From: Holosporales bacterium
GTDB taxonomy: Bacteria > Pseudomonadota > Alphaproteobacteria > Caedimonadales > UBA9215
Assembly: GCA_003503995.1 (NCBI GenBank)
Contig: DOCA01000189.1
Coordinates: forward strand, 1-33,993
DNA length: 33,993 nt
Direction of reading: 5' to 3'
The position numbers were made by a program, and so were the translations under genes. Each line of letters begins with the position of its first letter. Positions within the stretch are counted from its first letter, which is position 1. The notes beneath the pieces are model-generated. The model saw only the letters and a program-made list of their open reading frames with translations. It did no database searches and was not told the DNA's origin. This document shows positions 1 through 8,200 of this stretch, in pieces.

Positions 1-175
1 AACAAACGTTGATCCTTGGTGATTCGGTTTCAGAAGAAAAGACAGCGGGCAATTGATCTTCATAATAAAGATAACCTGCACCAAATCCAAAGATAAAAAT
101 CAGTAAGGTGAGGAGGGGCGTTTTTGTTATAGGAAAAGTGACGTTTTTTCTTGGGTGCTTTCGTTTAAGTGCCAT
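1..175 (-). CDS. Hypothetical membrane-anchored protein, N-terminal 58 codons only (runs off the left edge)
   Basis: My translation from the ATG at 175-173: MALKRKHPRKNVTFPITKTPLLTLLIFIFGFGAGYLYYEDQLPAVFSSETESPRINVC. It has a basic N-terminus followed by one hydrophobic helix. The ending INVC weakly resembles the start of the PLD/Nuc-type core, but this cannot be classified. Not in the ORF track because it is truncated. Confidence 0.35.
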   Translation of the reverse strand, partial: MALKRKHPRKNVTFPITKTPLLTLLIFIFGFGAGYLYYEDQLPAVFSSETESPRINVC

Positions 176-255
176 GCTATTCATTTCTATCAGTTCTGCT
201 TATAATCCTATGTCGCAATCTGTCGCTATGAAGCGTGTAGACTAAGGTATAGAGC

Positions 256-999
256 TTATTTTTCAAGCTTGGGTTGAGGGTGTATCATTAAATTTCCTAA
301 AGATAAAACCAGTTTTTGCACTAGAATTTTCATAGATTTTTTGAGGTATTTTCCGTTATTTTTAGCCCAAAGCTCCGCATTCTTCTTGATATCATCCGTG
401 CCATTTTCCAGAACTTCTGTTGTGGAAACATTTGTTTTATACATAGGTTTTTTCGTTGCCTCTACAGCGTTAACGATTTTCAGAAGCTTTTCACTAGTTG
501 GATAGATAGTGACATAAATCGTTCCTGTCAGCGATTTAAAATCAGGACTGAGCTTATAGATAAAAAGGCTTACAAGTGTAGCATCTGTTTGAAAGTCACA
601 ACCTAGTTCCTTGAATTCCTCAACGTTTATGTCTTTGATGTGAGTAAGCTGCTTTGTTTTAAACCATTCAATATCTTTATAAAGAGAAAATAGTTTGTCA
701 TGTAAAATATTTTGCACGTTAATATTTTTTAATTCGTCTTGGATGCAAGCAATGTCTTCTTCAGCATCAGATTGAGAGTCATGTATGACCACCGCATCAA
801 TTAATCCAAAAATGAGTTTACCATCTGTGTATGAACTGGCATTAGAGGATTTATTTATTTCTTGTGATAGGAGATTTATATCTTTTGTTGAATCTCCGTT
901 TAGGCTTGTATTAACCAGCTCTACAGAAGATTTTTTGAAATCCCAACACTCATCCCTGAATAATATTTGAGGTCTATCTAATTTCTGTTCTTTAGTCAT
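256..999 (-). CDS. Hypothetical protein, 247 aa, no motif recognised
   Basis: Long ORF with no competing frame apart from a short antisense ORF. Acidic/Lys-rich soluble composition. Confidence 0.6.
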   Translation of the reverse strand: MTKEQKLDRPQILFRDECWDFKKSSVELVNTSLNGDSTKDINLLSQEINKSSNASSYTDGKLIFGLIDAVVIHDSQSDAEEDIACIQDELKNINVQNILHDKLFSLYKDIEWFKTKQLTHIKDINVEEFKELGCDFQTDATLVSLFIYKLSPDFKSLTGTIYVTIYPTSEKLLKIVNAVEATKKPMYKTNVSTTEVLENGTDDIKKNAELWAKNNGKYLKKSMKILVQKLVLSLGNLMIHPQPKLEK

Positions 1000-1732
1000 T
1001 TTATACCTCTATTACCGTTGTTAGGTTTAATTATCTTACAGAACTACTTCGGTGTCATATTTTTCGTTGACATTCTGATAAGAGGAGGGGGGTTTTTAGC
1101 CTTATGATGTTGCTGGTAATTTTTCACAAGCATTAGGCATTCTGTTAGATGCCATCTTCTCTGATTGGTTTAAGAGCATGAATAACTCGTCATGGATATA
1201 AACATTTTCAATATGACAATCATTAATATACTCCCAATTTGAAACTTCCTCCTCAAATAAATCTTTTAGGATTAAGGTGTTTTTGCAAAATTTTAAGTGC
1301 CATTTATTTTTTTCTAAAAATTAGGTTTGGGATAGACCCATCTTTAAAAAAGTTTTATCTGTCTTTTTGGTGGGACAATATAAGAAAAACAGTCAAAATA
1401 GGACTAGAAAAAAGCATGATCCCTTGTATTAGAGCTTCTTTCATAAATGAAAGAAGGTCATATGGACCGTTTATAAAATCTGATAAAACTATGGTCCAAG
1501 ATATGTTAAGCAGTACTAGAGCAAATATTGAAGTTCTTGACATATCCTATTTCCTTTTTATAATTTCCAAGTGGCTTCTATTTTTCACTTTTGATATATT
1601 CGGGGGACTTAAGAACGGCTTCCGCTTTTTCAAGCTCTTCTTTTAATCCAACTATCAAAGAATCTTCTTTTTTCTAATTCCTTATATTTATATAATAGGC
1701 AAAATGCTCACTTTTGTAAAGGGTAAAATGAA

Positions 1733-1951
1733 TTAAATATCATATTTTTCAATGGTTCTATTGATTTCCTCTGGCATCTTGGCAAGAAGAAAAAGAAATA
1801 ATTTTACAGTGCTCATGGGAGAGGATTTTCCGCATTCCCAATTTCTCAACGTTGCAAGATTGATAGAGTATCTATGGGCAAATTGAGTTTGGTTTAGCCC
1901 TAGTTTCTTGCGCAAGGCTTTAAGGTCAACGTCAGGTATTGGGTTTGTCAT
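1733..1951 (-). CDS. XRE-family helix-turn-helix protein, antitoxin-like (72 aa), with no cognate toxin ORF adjacent
   Basis: LKALRKKLGLNQTQFAHRYSINLATLRNWECGKSSP is a classic XRE HTH followed by the RNWE-G motif seen in small antitoxin-type regulators. Confidence 0.8.
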   Translation of the reverse strand: MTNPIPDVDLKALRKKLGLNQTQFAHRYSINLATLRNWECGKSSPMSTVKLFLFLLAKMPEEINRTIEKYDI

Positions 1952-1975
1952 TTTTAAACCTTTTTAAAATATTTT

Positions 1976-2100
1976 TTCTCTCTCATTTTTTCTTATCCGT
2001 GTGGAAGGATTTTGCCCCTTTTTGCGAAAGGAGGGCAAGGGGGTATTCTCCTTGAGTCATCATTTCTTTAAGCGCTCAAAGCCCCTCAGAAGAGCAAAGC
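1976..2100 (-). pseudogene. Truncated duplicate of the 3' end of the traD_Ti-like gene
   Basis: 1976-2063 matches 4431-4518 at 85 of 88 positions by manual alignment. Weaker similarity continues to about 2100 and contains an in-frame stop (LCSSEGL*ALKEMM versus FALLGGLLELNDMM). Confidence 0.7.
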
Positions 2101-2127
2101 CTTACTCTGCAATATTTCTAAAACACC

Positions 2128-3417
2128 CTATGCGGTTTTTTTGAGACTGAATCGACTCTTTTGAAGACTTTTCTCTTCGTGTTTATCAAGGACCATCTTA
2201 AAATTTCTTTTAAATAATACTTGCGAATCTAGCCCTTTATAAGCCTCTACGGACAGGTAAGTGTCACAAAATTCCTCTGCACGTTCTTGGATAATTTTTT
2301 TTGTAGAACAATATTTATTAGTGTTCATACCTAGAACTTCTATAAAAACTGTGGTTCTATTATCTAAGAAAACAATAAAATCTGGCCTAAACGGTTTTTT
2401 GTTATTATTATAAAGGCAAAACAAGGGCTTTTCTATGGTGTAGGATATAGTAGGAGATGTCTTTAGAACTTTTACTATATCGAAGAGACATAATCTTTCA
2501 TAGTGACTCTCCACAGGCATAATGATATTTCTTGTTTGTATTGGCATAGCAAAAGCATTTTTGAAATACAGTTCTTTTTTTTCGTTTAAGAGAGCTGATG
2601 CAATTAAAAAATAAGGTTTACTTTTTTCTTTGCTGATCCATGGGGAGGGGAGAGTAATAGGGTTTTCTACTTCGAAGCTTTCGCTATTCATTGTGATGAA
2701 AAAACTACTTTCAACGGATTTCGCAATAGTTGTGAAAATAAAGAAAGGCTTAAGGTGTATTGGCCATTCTTTCCCCTTTTTTTCGAGGAGACTCCCTGCT
2801 TCTTGAACATTTTTTCTTTTTAGAGAGTATCTATAATAATCCCCAAGGAGGATGTCTTTAGATATTTTTTTTTGTGGATCAGTGAACGCCTTTGTAATTG
2901 CTTTAAGGGAGGCAAAGCGATCAACTTTAGTGGGGTCTTTGTTATTATCATACGTAATAATATTACTTTTTGAGTCTTGTAGAATTGCATAAAGCATTTT
3001 CCCAAGTTTAGTGACGGAAGATTGGTTTCCTTGAGAAGGGGCTTCCTCTGACCTGTCACCTATATTATCGATATTTTTGTACAAATCGAAAGTTTTAGGT
3101 CTTTTGCGTGGCATAAATAAACTAGAGTTATTACTCAGGTAAATTTTGCTTTTTTGTGAAAAAAAACAAGACTCCTCGTGCCCGTGTATATTTTTGCACC
3201 GAAGATATAGGTTGTTATCTTTTGAACAAATAACGAGAATTGTCTCTGAACCTGAACAAGGACAAACAAGCCAAAAATCCTGCTTGTAGATTTCAAGCTT
3301 TTTAATTAGAGAGCTTTTAGAAGAAGATTCATAATCTTCTGGTCTGAAAATAATTTTTTCTTCGAATTTAGTTAGTATTTCTCCTTTCTCTTTTGTTTTT
3401 TTATTTATAAAATACAT
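2128..3417 (-). CDS. Hypothetical 429-aa protein: N-terminal Cys/His cluster, C-terminal restriction-endonuclease-like strand pattern. Reminiscent of DUF1173-type proteins.
   Basis: N-terminal CPCSGSETILVICSKDNNLYLRCKNIHGHEESCFF (CxC ... H-x-H ... C). C-terminal HYERL ... RPDFIVFLDNRTTVFIEVLG resembles the D ... E-V-x-G core of PD-(D/E)xK/Vsr-like nucleases. Starts 16 nt after the ParB-like stop, so likely co-transcribed. Confidence 0.55.
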   Translation of the reverse strand: MYFINKKTKEKGEILTKFEEKIIFRPEDYESSSKSSLIKKLEIYKQDFWLVCPCSGSETILVICSKDNNLYLRCKNIHGHEESCFFSQKSKIYLSNNSSLFMPRKRPKTFDLYKNIDNIGDRSEEAPSQGNQSSVTKLGKMLYAILQDSKSNIITYDNNKDPTKVDRFASLKAITKAFTDPQKKISKDILLGDYYRYSLKRKNVQEAGSLLEKKGKEWPIHLKPFFIFTTIAKSVESSFFITMNSESFEVENPITLPSPWISKEKSKPYFLIASALLNEKKELYFKNAFAMPIQTRNIIMPVESHYERLCLFDIVKVLKTSPTISYTIEKPLFCLYNNNKKPFRPDFIVFLDNRTTVFIEVLGMNTNKYCSTKKIIQERAEEFCDTYLSVEAYKGLDSQVLFKRNFKMVLDKHEEKSLQKSRFSLKKTA

Positions 3418-3432
3418 CGATATATCGTCACC

Positions 3433-4203
3433 CTATGTCATTTGTTTTTCGAAAAACTTAATGAGAGTTTTTGAGAGCAGGTCTTGATTAAGAGGTATTG
3501 AGTTCTCGAACTTAACACCTGTTTTTGTCCACTCTCCAATTTTTCTACCATTTGGGAGAGAGATATACGAAGAGGTATCGATTTCTTCTTCTCCTAGGAA
3601 TTCCATAACCATCTTCTCAATGCGGCGGCTTCCGGCCCCTTTCTTAATTTCTTCTGCACAATCGACAAGAGCATCAACATACTCGTCTCCCTTTTGAGAC
3701 AGACCATAGATTGTTTGTGCGGCTCTAACGGATACCTTGGACATGACCTTAACAGCATTCCAAATAAGGGAGGGGACCTTCTCGAAAGAAAGGTAACGTA
3801 AAAACTGTGTTTTAGAAAGCCCCGATGCATCCATAAGTTGTTTTTGGGAGATGGCACCATCTTTCAGCAAAGAAGAGAAGAATATCCCTTTTGAATAGTC
3901 ACAAATGCCCTCTTTCTCATTCTCTTTGATCTGTGCAACCATAGCCTCCTTGTCATTGAGATTGTGAATAATGGCTTTTAAGGGCAGGTTGTGCTGCAAG
4001 CATGCTTGCCAACGCCTTGATCCAGCAATGACTTCATATTTTATATCACCAGACTCTTCTATTGGTCTAACAATAACAGGTTCAATTTGACCATTCTGCT
4101 TGATGTCTTCAGCTAGTAAAAACAGGTCGCCCATTTCAAAGGAAGAGCGATCTGCATATTTCCAACGTCGACACTCTTTTGGATTGAGTTCTTTTAGGGA
4201 CAT
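3433..4203 (-). CDS. ParB/Spo0J-family (ParB N-terminal domain plus HTH) protein. No ParA in the window.
   Basis: YEVIAGSRRWQAC is the ParB box II (GxRRxxA) motif. ISQKQLMDASGLSKTQFLRY is a following HTH. Confidence 0.85.
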   Translation of the reverse strand: MSLKELNPKECRRWKYADRSSFEMGDLFLLAEDIKQNGQIEPVIVRPIEESGDIKYEVIAGSRRWQACLQHNLPLKAIIHNLNDKEAMVAQIKENEKEGICDYSKGIFFSSLLKDGAISQKQLMDASGLSKTQFLRYLSFEKVPSLIWNAVKVMSKVSVRAAQTIYGLSQKGDEYVDALVDCAEEIKKGAGSRRIEKMVMEFLGEEEIDTSSYISLPNGRKIGEWTKTGVKFENSIPLNQDLLSKTLIKFFEKQMT

Positions 4204-4281
4204 GATATTTTTCCTATATTCTAATAAAATTATATTATAAATTTAAAAATAATAAAAGAGTATCTTCCAAAATATTTTTAA

Positions 4282-4299
4282 TGGTCCCACATGGGACCA
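4282..4299. promoter_or_regulatory. 18-bp palindrome TGGTCCCA-CA-TGGGACCA upstream of the ParB-like gene. Candidate parS-like or operator site.
   Basis: Perfect 8-bp arms with a 2-nt centre, 79 nt upstream of the ParB-like start codon in an AT-rich intergenic region. Confidence 0.35.
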
Positions 4300-4430
4300 A
4301 CTTAAAGAATCTATATTTTCCAAGCATCACAAGAATTATTCCAATGTCTTTATTCGGAATAACCTGCCCACCCACAAGCCTTATTTTTTCAGAATTATGG
4401 ATATATTCTTAAAATAATATTTGAAAATTA

Positions 4431-4518
4431 TTCTCTCTCATTTTTCCTTATCCGCGTGGAAGGATTTTGCCCCTTTTTGCGAAAGGAGGGCAAGGGGGTA
4501 TTCTCCTTGAATCATCAT
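4431..4518. repeat. Parent copy of the 88-bp duplication (partner at 1976-2063)
   Basis: Mismatches only at 4446, 4455 and 4511. Covers the last 26 codons, the stop and 7 nt of 3' flank of the traD_Ti-like ORF. Includes an imperfect hairpin at 4467-4493. Confidence 0.85.
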
Positions 4519-4869
4519 GTCATTGAGTTCTAAAAGTCCTCCAAGGAGCGCAAAGACCTGGTCTTTTTTCTCAAGGTCAGTTTGGAGGTTATCACCAATG
4601 ACAATATCAAAGCTTTCCAAAAGGCCTGATTTTTCTACGAGTCCCCCTAACTGAATTAAAGTTCTCGTTCTTGCTTTGCGGTAGGGGGTATTGTTGGGAG
4701 TTGTTTGAGAAAGCATTTTATATTTCTGCTGTTCTACTTTGGCCATCTTTTTTTGAATTCTGCTTAGCTGGTGCTTTAGCTTTTCGAGGTCTGGTGAATT
4801 GAAATTTCTTAGAGGATTTAATCCATTCCCCCTTTTTGGTTTCAGTCGCATTTTTCCATGAGTCGTCAA
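4438..4869 (-). CDS. traD_Ti: TraD_Ti-like small relaxosome accessory protein (start uncertain: 4869, 4851, 4746 or 4716)
   Basis: A coiled-coil segment followed by YRKARTRTLIQLGGLVEKSGL matches the conserved R-x-R-T-R-x-L-I-x-x-G-G core of Ti-type TraD. Sits next to a Ti-type TraA module. Confidence 0.7.
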   Translation of the reverse strand: MTTHGKMRLKPKRGNGLNPLRNFNSPDLEKLKHQLSRIQKKMAKVEQQKYKMLSQTTPNNTPYRKARTRTLIQLGGLVEKSGLLESFDIVIGDNLQTDLEKKDQVFALLGGLLELNDMMIQGEYPLALLSQKGAKSFHADKEK

Positions 4870-5020
4870 TAATGCAGGCCGCTAATTGTGGAGAGTATGA
4901 ACCACCGATGATATAGGACGCAGCTTTAAAAAGTTGTTGAGCTTGTTTTGCTTCGAGTTCTTTTTTCTTACGTTTGAGCTCTGATATTTTATCATCAAAA
5001 GATTTTAGAGTTGCAGACAT
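4718..5020 (-). CDS. TraC_Ti-like relaxosome accessory protein (tentative)
   Basis: Divergent from traA across the putative oriT, as in the Ti traCDG/traA layout. Has the coiled-coil DDKISELKRKKKELEAKQAQ and a basic low-complexity tail. The ATG at 5020 has AAAGGA 7 nt upstream. The ORF-track start at 5068 is less likely. Confidence 0.5.
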   Translation of the reverse strand: MSATLKSFDDKISELKRKKKELEAKQAQQLFKAASYIIGGSYSPQLAACIIDDSWKNATETKKGEWIKSSKKFQFTRPRKAKAPAKQNSKKDGQSRTAEI

Positions 5021-5132
5021 GACCATTCCTTTATGGTTGTTAATGAAACTTGCGCTTCCTATACCCATTTAAAACCTTCCTATTAATAGGATAGCCCGTT
5101 TGACGGAATAGTAAAGAAAAAATAATCAATTA

Positions 5133-5212
5133 GTCTTGGAGGTATTCGGAGAATACTAGACAAGCGCGCTCATACGTTGCATACTGCAACTATACGCTTC
5201 GGTGCAAGCACC
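5133..5212. other. Candidate oriT core (hairpins plus nic-like motif) within the 5021-5267 intergenic region
   Basis: Imperfect inverted repeat GTCT..GTATTC-gga-GAATAC.AGAC (5133-5161), followed directly by AAGCGCGCTC (5162-5171). Then GTTGCA-tac-TGCAAC (5176-5190) and GGTGC-aa-GCACC (5201-5212). Located between the divergent relaxase and accessory genes. Confidence 0.5.
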
Positions 5213-5267
5213 TTAAACCCAGAACGGGTTATAAGGTGATTCCGTTTTAAGAATATAAGGTTTCGAC

Positions 5268-8200
5268 ATGTACAGCATGCACATCGGTATCATTTCAAGA
5301 AGTAAGGGAAGCACAGTAGATGCGCTTGCCTATCGGGCTGGCGTCAAATTGGAGTGTCCCTTAACAGGAGAAATCTTCAACAGAGAATCCAAAGAAGTCG
5401 AAGATGTCATTCTCTCTTTACCAAAAGAGTCGCCAGACTGGGCGGTTGATTTAAAAGATCTTATTAAGGAAGATCGAACCAAAGGTGTTCAAGAGTTTTG
5501 CAATATTGTAGAGAGTGCTGAGAATAGAAAAGACTCGCAAGTTTATCGAGAATTTCGCATTAGCATTCCCCGTGAATTTACCAAGGAACAAGGTAAGGAA
5601 TTCATAAATGATTTTGTACAGGATCAAGTTTGTGGCCTTGGTATAACGGCTCTTAAAAATTTCCATTTTGATGTTAATGAAGAAACAGGAGAGACCAATC
5701 CCCATTGTCACGTTGTAGCGTTAACCCGTGGTTTAACAGAGACGGGTTTAGGGTTAAAGGAGCGTGACTGGAATAAAAAACAAGTTCACGAACAGTGGCG
5801 TTCTCAGTTAGCGGCTTATGGCAACTATCATCTTTTAAAAAATGGTTTTGAGGCCAATTGGGATCATCGAAGTTATAAAGATCGTGGTATTAACTTTGAG
5901 CCTCAACCCAAGCTTGGTAGCAAGATTATTAAGATGGAGTCACAAGCAGGTCAGGACCCAAAGGATATTCATTCTAAGCCTGTGACGGAGAGGGGACGTG
6001 AGTACCAAGAGGTTAAGCTTCGTAATTTATACACGCTTATTAATCGTCCTGAAGAAGCTTTAGATTCTGTTTCAAAGCAGCAAGTTACTTTTATGTGGGG
6101 TGATGTTGCTAAGGTCATTGCTCGTTATGTTGATGATCAGGCTTTGTTTGAGCGTTTAAGTTTAAAGATTCAAAACTCTCCTGAGCTTGTGTGTTTGAAG
6201 AAAGAGGGAAGTTTTACCGAGAGTATTTTCACAACACGGACAAGGCTTGCAGAAGAAAAGAAATTTGTTGATACCATTAATGTTCTTAAAGGCAATAAGA
6301 ACCATGGTGTTAATCCTTCCCTTGTTGAGTCTTCTATTGAGAAAGCAAACATCCAATTGCGTGAGTCTAAGAATGATCCAAAGGCCTCTTTGTCTGATGA
6401 TCAGGTTAACGCTATCAAGCATATGTCTTTATCAAATCAGCTTAGCTTTGTTGAAGGTTATGCTGGTGCTGGTAAGACCACTGTCATGAAGGTTATGAAA
6501 GAAATATGGGAGACCAGCGGTTATCAGGTTTTTGGTTTAGCACCTACGGGTAAGGCTGCTGAAAACCTTGCTGATTGTGGTATTTCCTCCGACACGGTTC
6601 ACGGCTTTTTAAAATCATTTGAACATGGTCGGAGTCAGTATGATTCTAAGACTATTATCGTGCTCGATGAAGCGGGTATGGTTGATCACCAGCGTTTTCA
6701 TGGTCTGATTCAGGCTGTTGAGAAGCTAGGTATAAAGCTTGTTGCCAGCGGGGATCGGGGACAACTTTCTCCTGTTGAGGCAGGTGTTCCCTTTAGATTG
6801 GCAGTTGCGGAGGCAGGTAAGGCCGATCTCACAACGGTATTGCGTCAAAAAGTTCCTTGGCAAAAGGAAGCAACGGTTCTCTTTGGTCAAGGACGGGCGG
6901 AAGAGGCGCTTAAAGCCTATTTGGATAAAGGTCATATTCATTTCTGTGATGAGAAGAAGCCTCGCGATGTTGTTGAGCAGTATAATCTTTCGAGGCGTAT
7001 TGCCGGTAATATGGGGCATGAGATTCAAAGAGACATCAAGATTGCTAAGGAAAGAGGGGAGCATTTAACCTTTTCGTCCCATACCGATTATGGGCTTTTC
7101 TTGGAATGGAAGAATACAAGGGATGCTTGTGTTAAAGACCTTTATGGAAATATAGAAACTTACCGAGATCAAATGCGTAACTTGGGTGTTGATGGCATTG
7201 ATTTTGCGAAGAAGGTTATGAAGTGTCGTTTGGCTTCTTTTGGAGATGCTTATGCCTTAGCCAAGGACTTGAAGATTGATTGGCGAGATAAAGCGAAACA
7301 TTCGTGTGACCCTCGTTTTGAGACGAAACAGAGGCTTATTGCAGACTGGTTCCAATCCACGAAGGCTCATCCTTCGGATAGCCAAGCGATGATGGCTTTC
7401 AGCAACAAGGATGTTCAGGAACTTAACGGCATGGCTCGTGATCTCAAAAGAGGGGCGGGTGAGCTTGGTAAAGAGGAATATATTTATACCATTGAGCGTA
7501 ATGCAGGTGAAGAGCTTGGAAGGCCTCAAACTGTTAGAGAAGAGCGTCGTTTTAGCGTTGGGGATCAGATTGTCTTTACAAAGATAGATAAGGGTCTTGG
7601 TGTGAATAACGGAACGCTTGGACGTGTAACAGAACTTAGTAAGTCCAACATTAAGGTTGCTATAGAGAAAGATGGTGTTTCTCAGGAAATCTCCTTTAGT
7701 CCGAATCTATATAAACGTTTTGATAATGGTTGGGCTGTTACGATCCATAAAAACCAAGGGGCAACTGTTGATCTTGCCTTTGTGTTGGCGAGTTTTGAGC
7801 AGTACAAGAATTTGGCTTATGTGGCCTTAACCCGTCATGCTAAGAATGTTCAGGTTTACGCGTCTCGTTTTGAATTTTGGCGAGATGAAAAACTCCCTGA
7901 ACGTTTAGGACATGCTCAAGATAAATTATCCTCTTTGGATTATGTTTCTAGTGATCGGGCTTTAGAGCTTCTTCAGTCCGATGAAAAGATGTTGGGCTCT
8001 TCTTTAAAGAAAGTGGGTCAGCGTTTAGAGGCTGTTGGTTATGTGGGACAAAGGGCTTGGTCAACTGTATGCGATAAATTCTTGGGTCGTCCTGTTGAAA
8101 GTAATCTTGTGCGCATTGATCGAGATATTGAGAATCTAAAGTCAGAGGCAGATAGAGCTGCTGAAAAGTTTAACCCAACTCCTGAAAGAGGCGTTGGAGA

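Noticed and set aside
1239-1646. 135-aa plus-strand ORF (TTG start) and the overlapping 62-aa minus-strand ORF at 1355-1543
   Set aside because: Both have a Phe/Ile/Lys-rich composition typical of random frames in AT-rich DNA and overlap each other. Neither has an RBS.
4336-4362. Inverted repeat TTATTCC-N13-GGAATAA downstream of the traD_Ti-like stop, considered as a terminator
   Set aside because: It has only a 7-bp AT-rich stem with a 13-nt loop and no clear U-tract, so it is too weak to call.
5095-5245. Possible long-range inverted repeat flanking the oriT core (CCCGTT/ACGGAAT versus AACGGG/ATTCCGT)
   Set aside because: The half-sites occur in the wrong relative order for a true inverted repeat and are only 6-7 bp, so this is probably chance.
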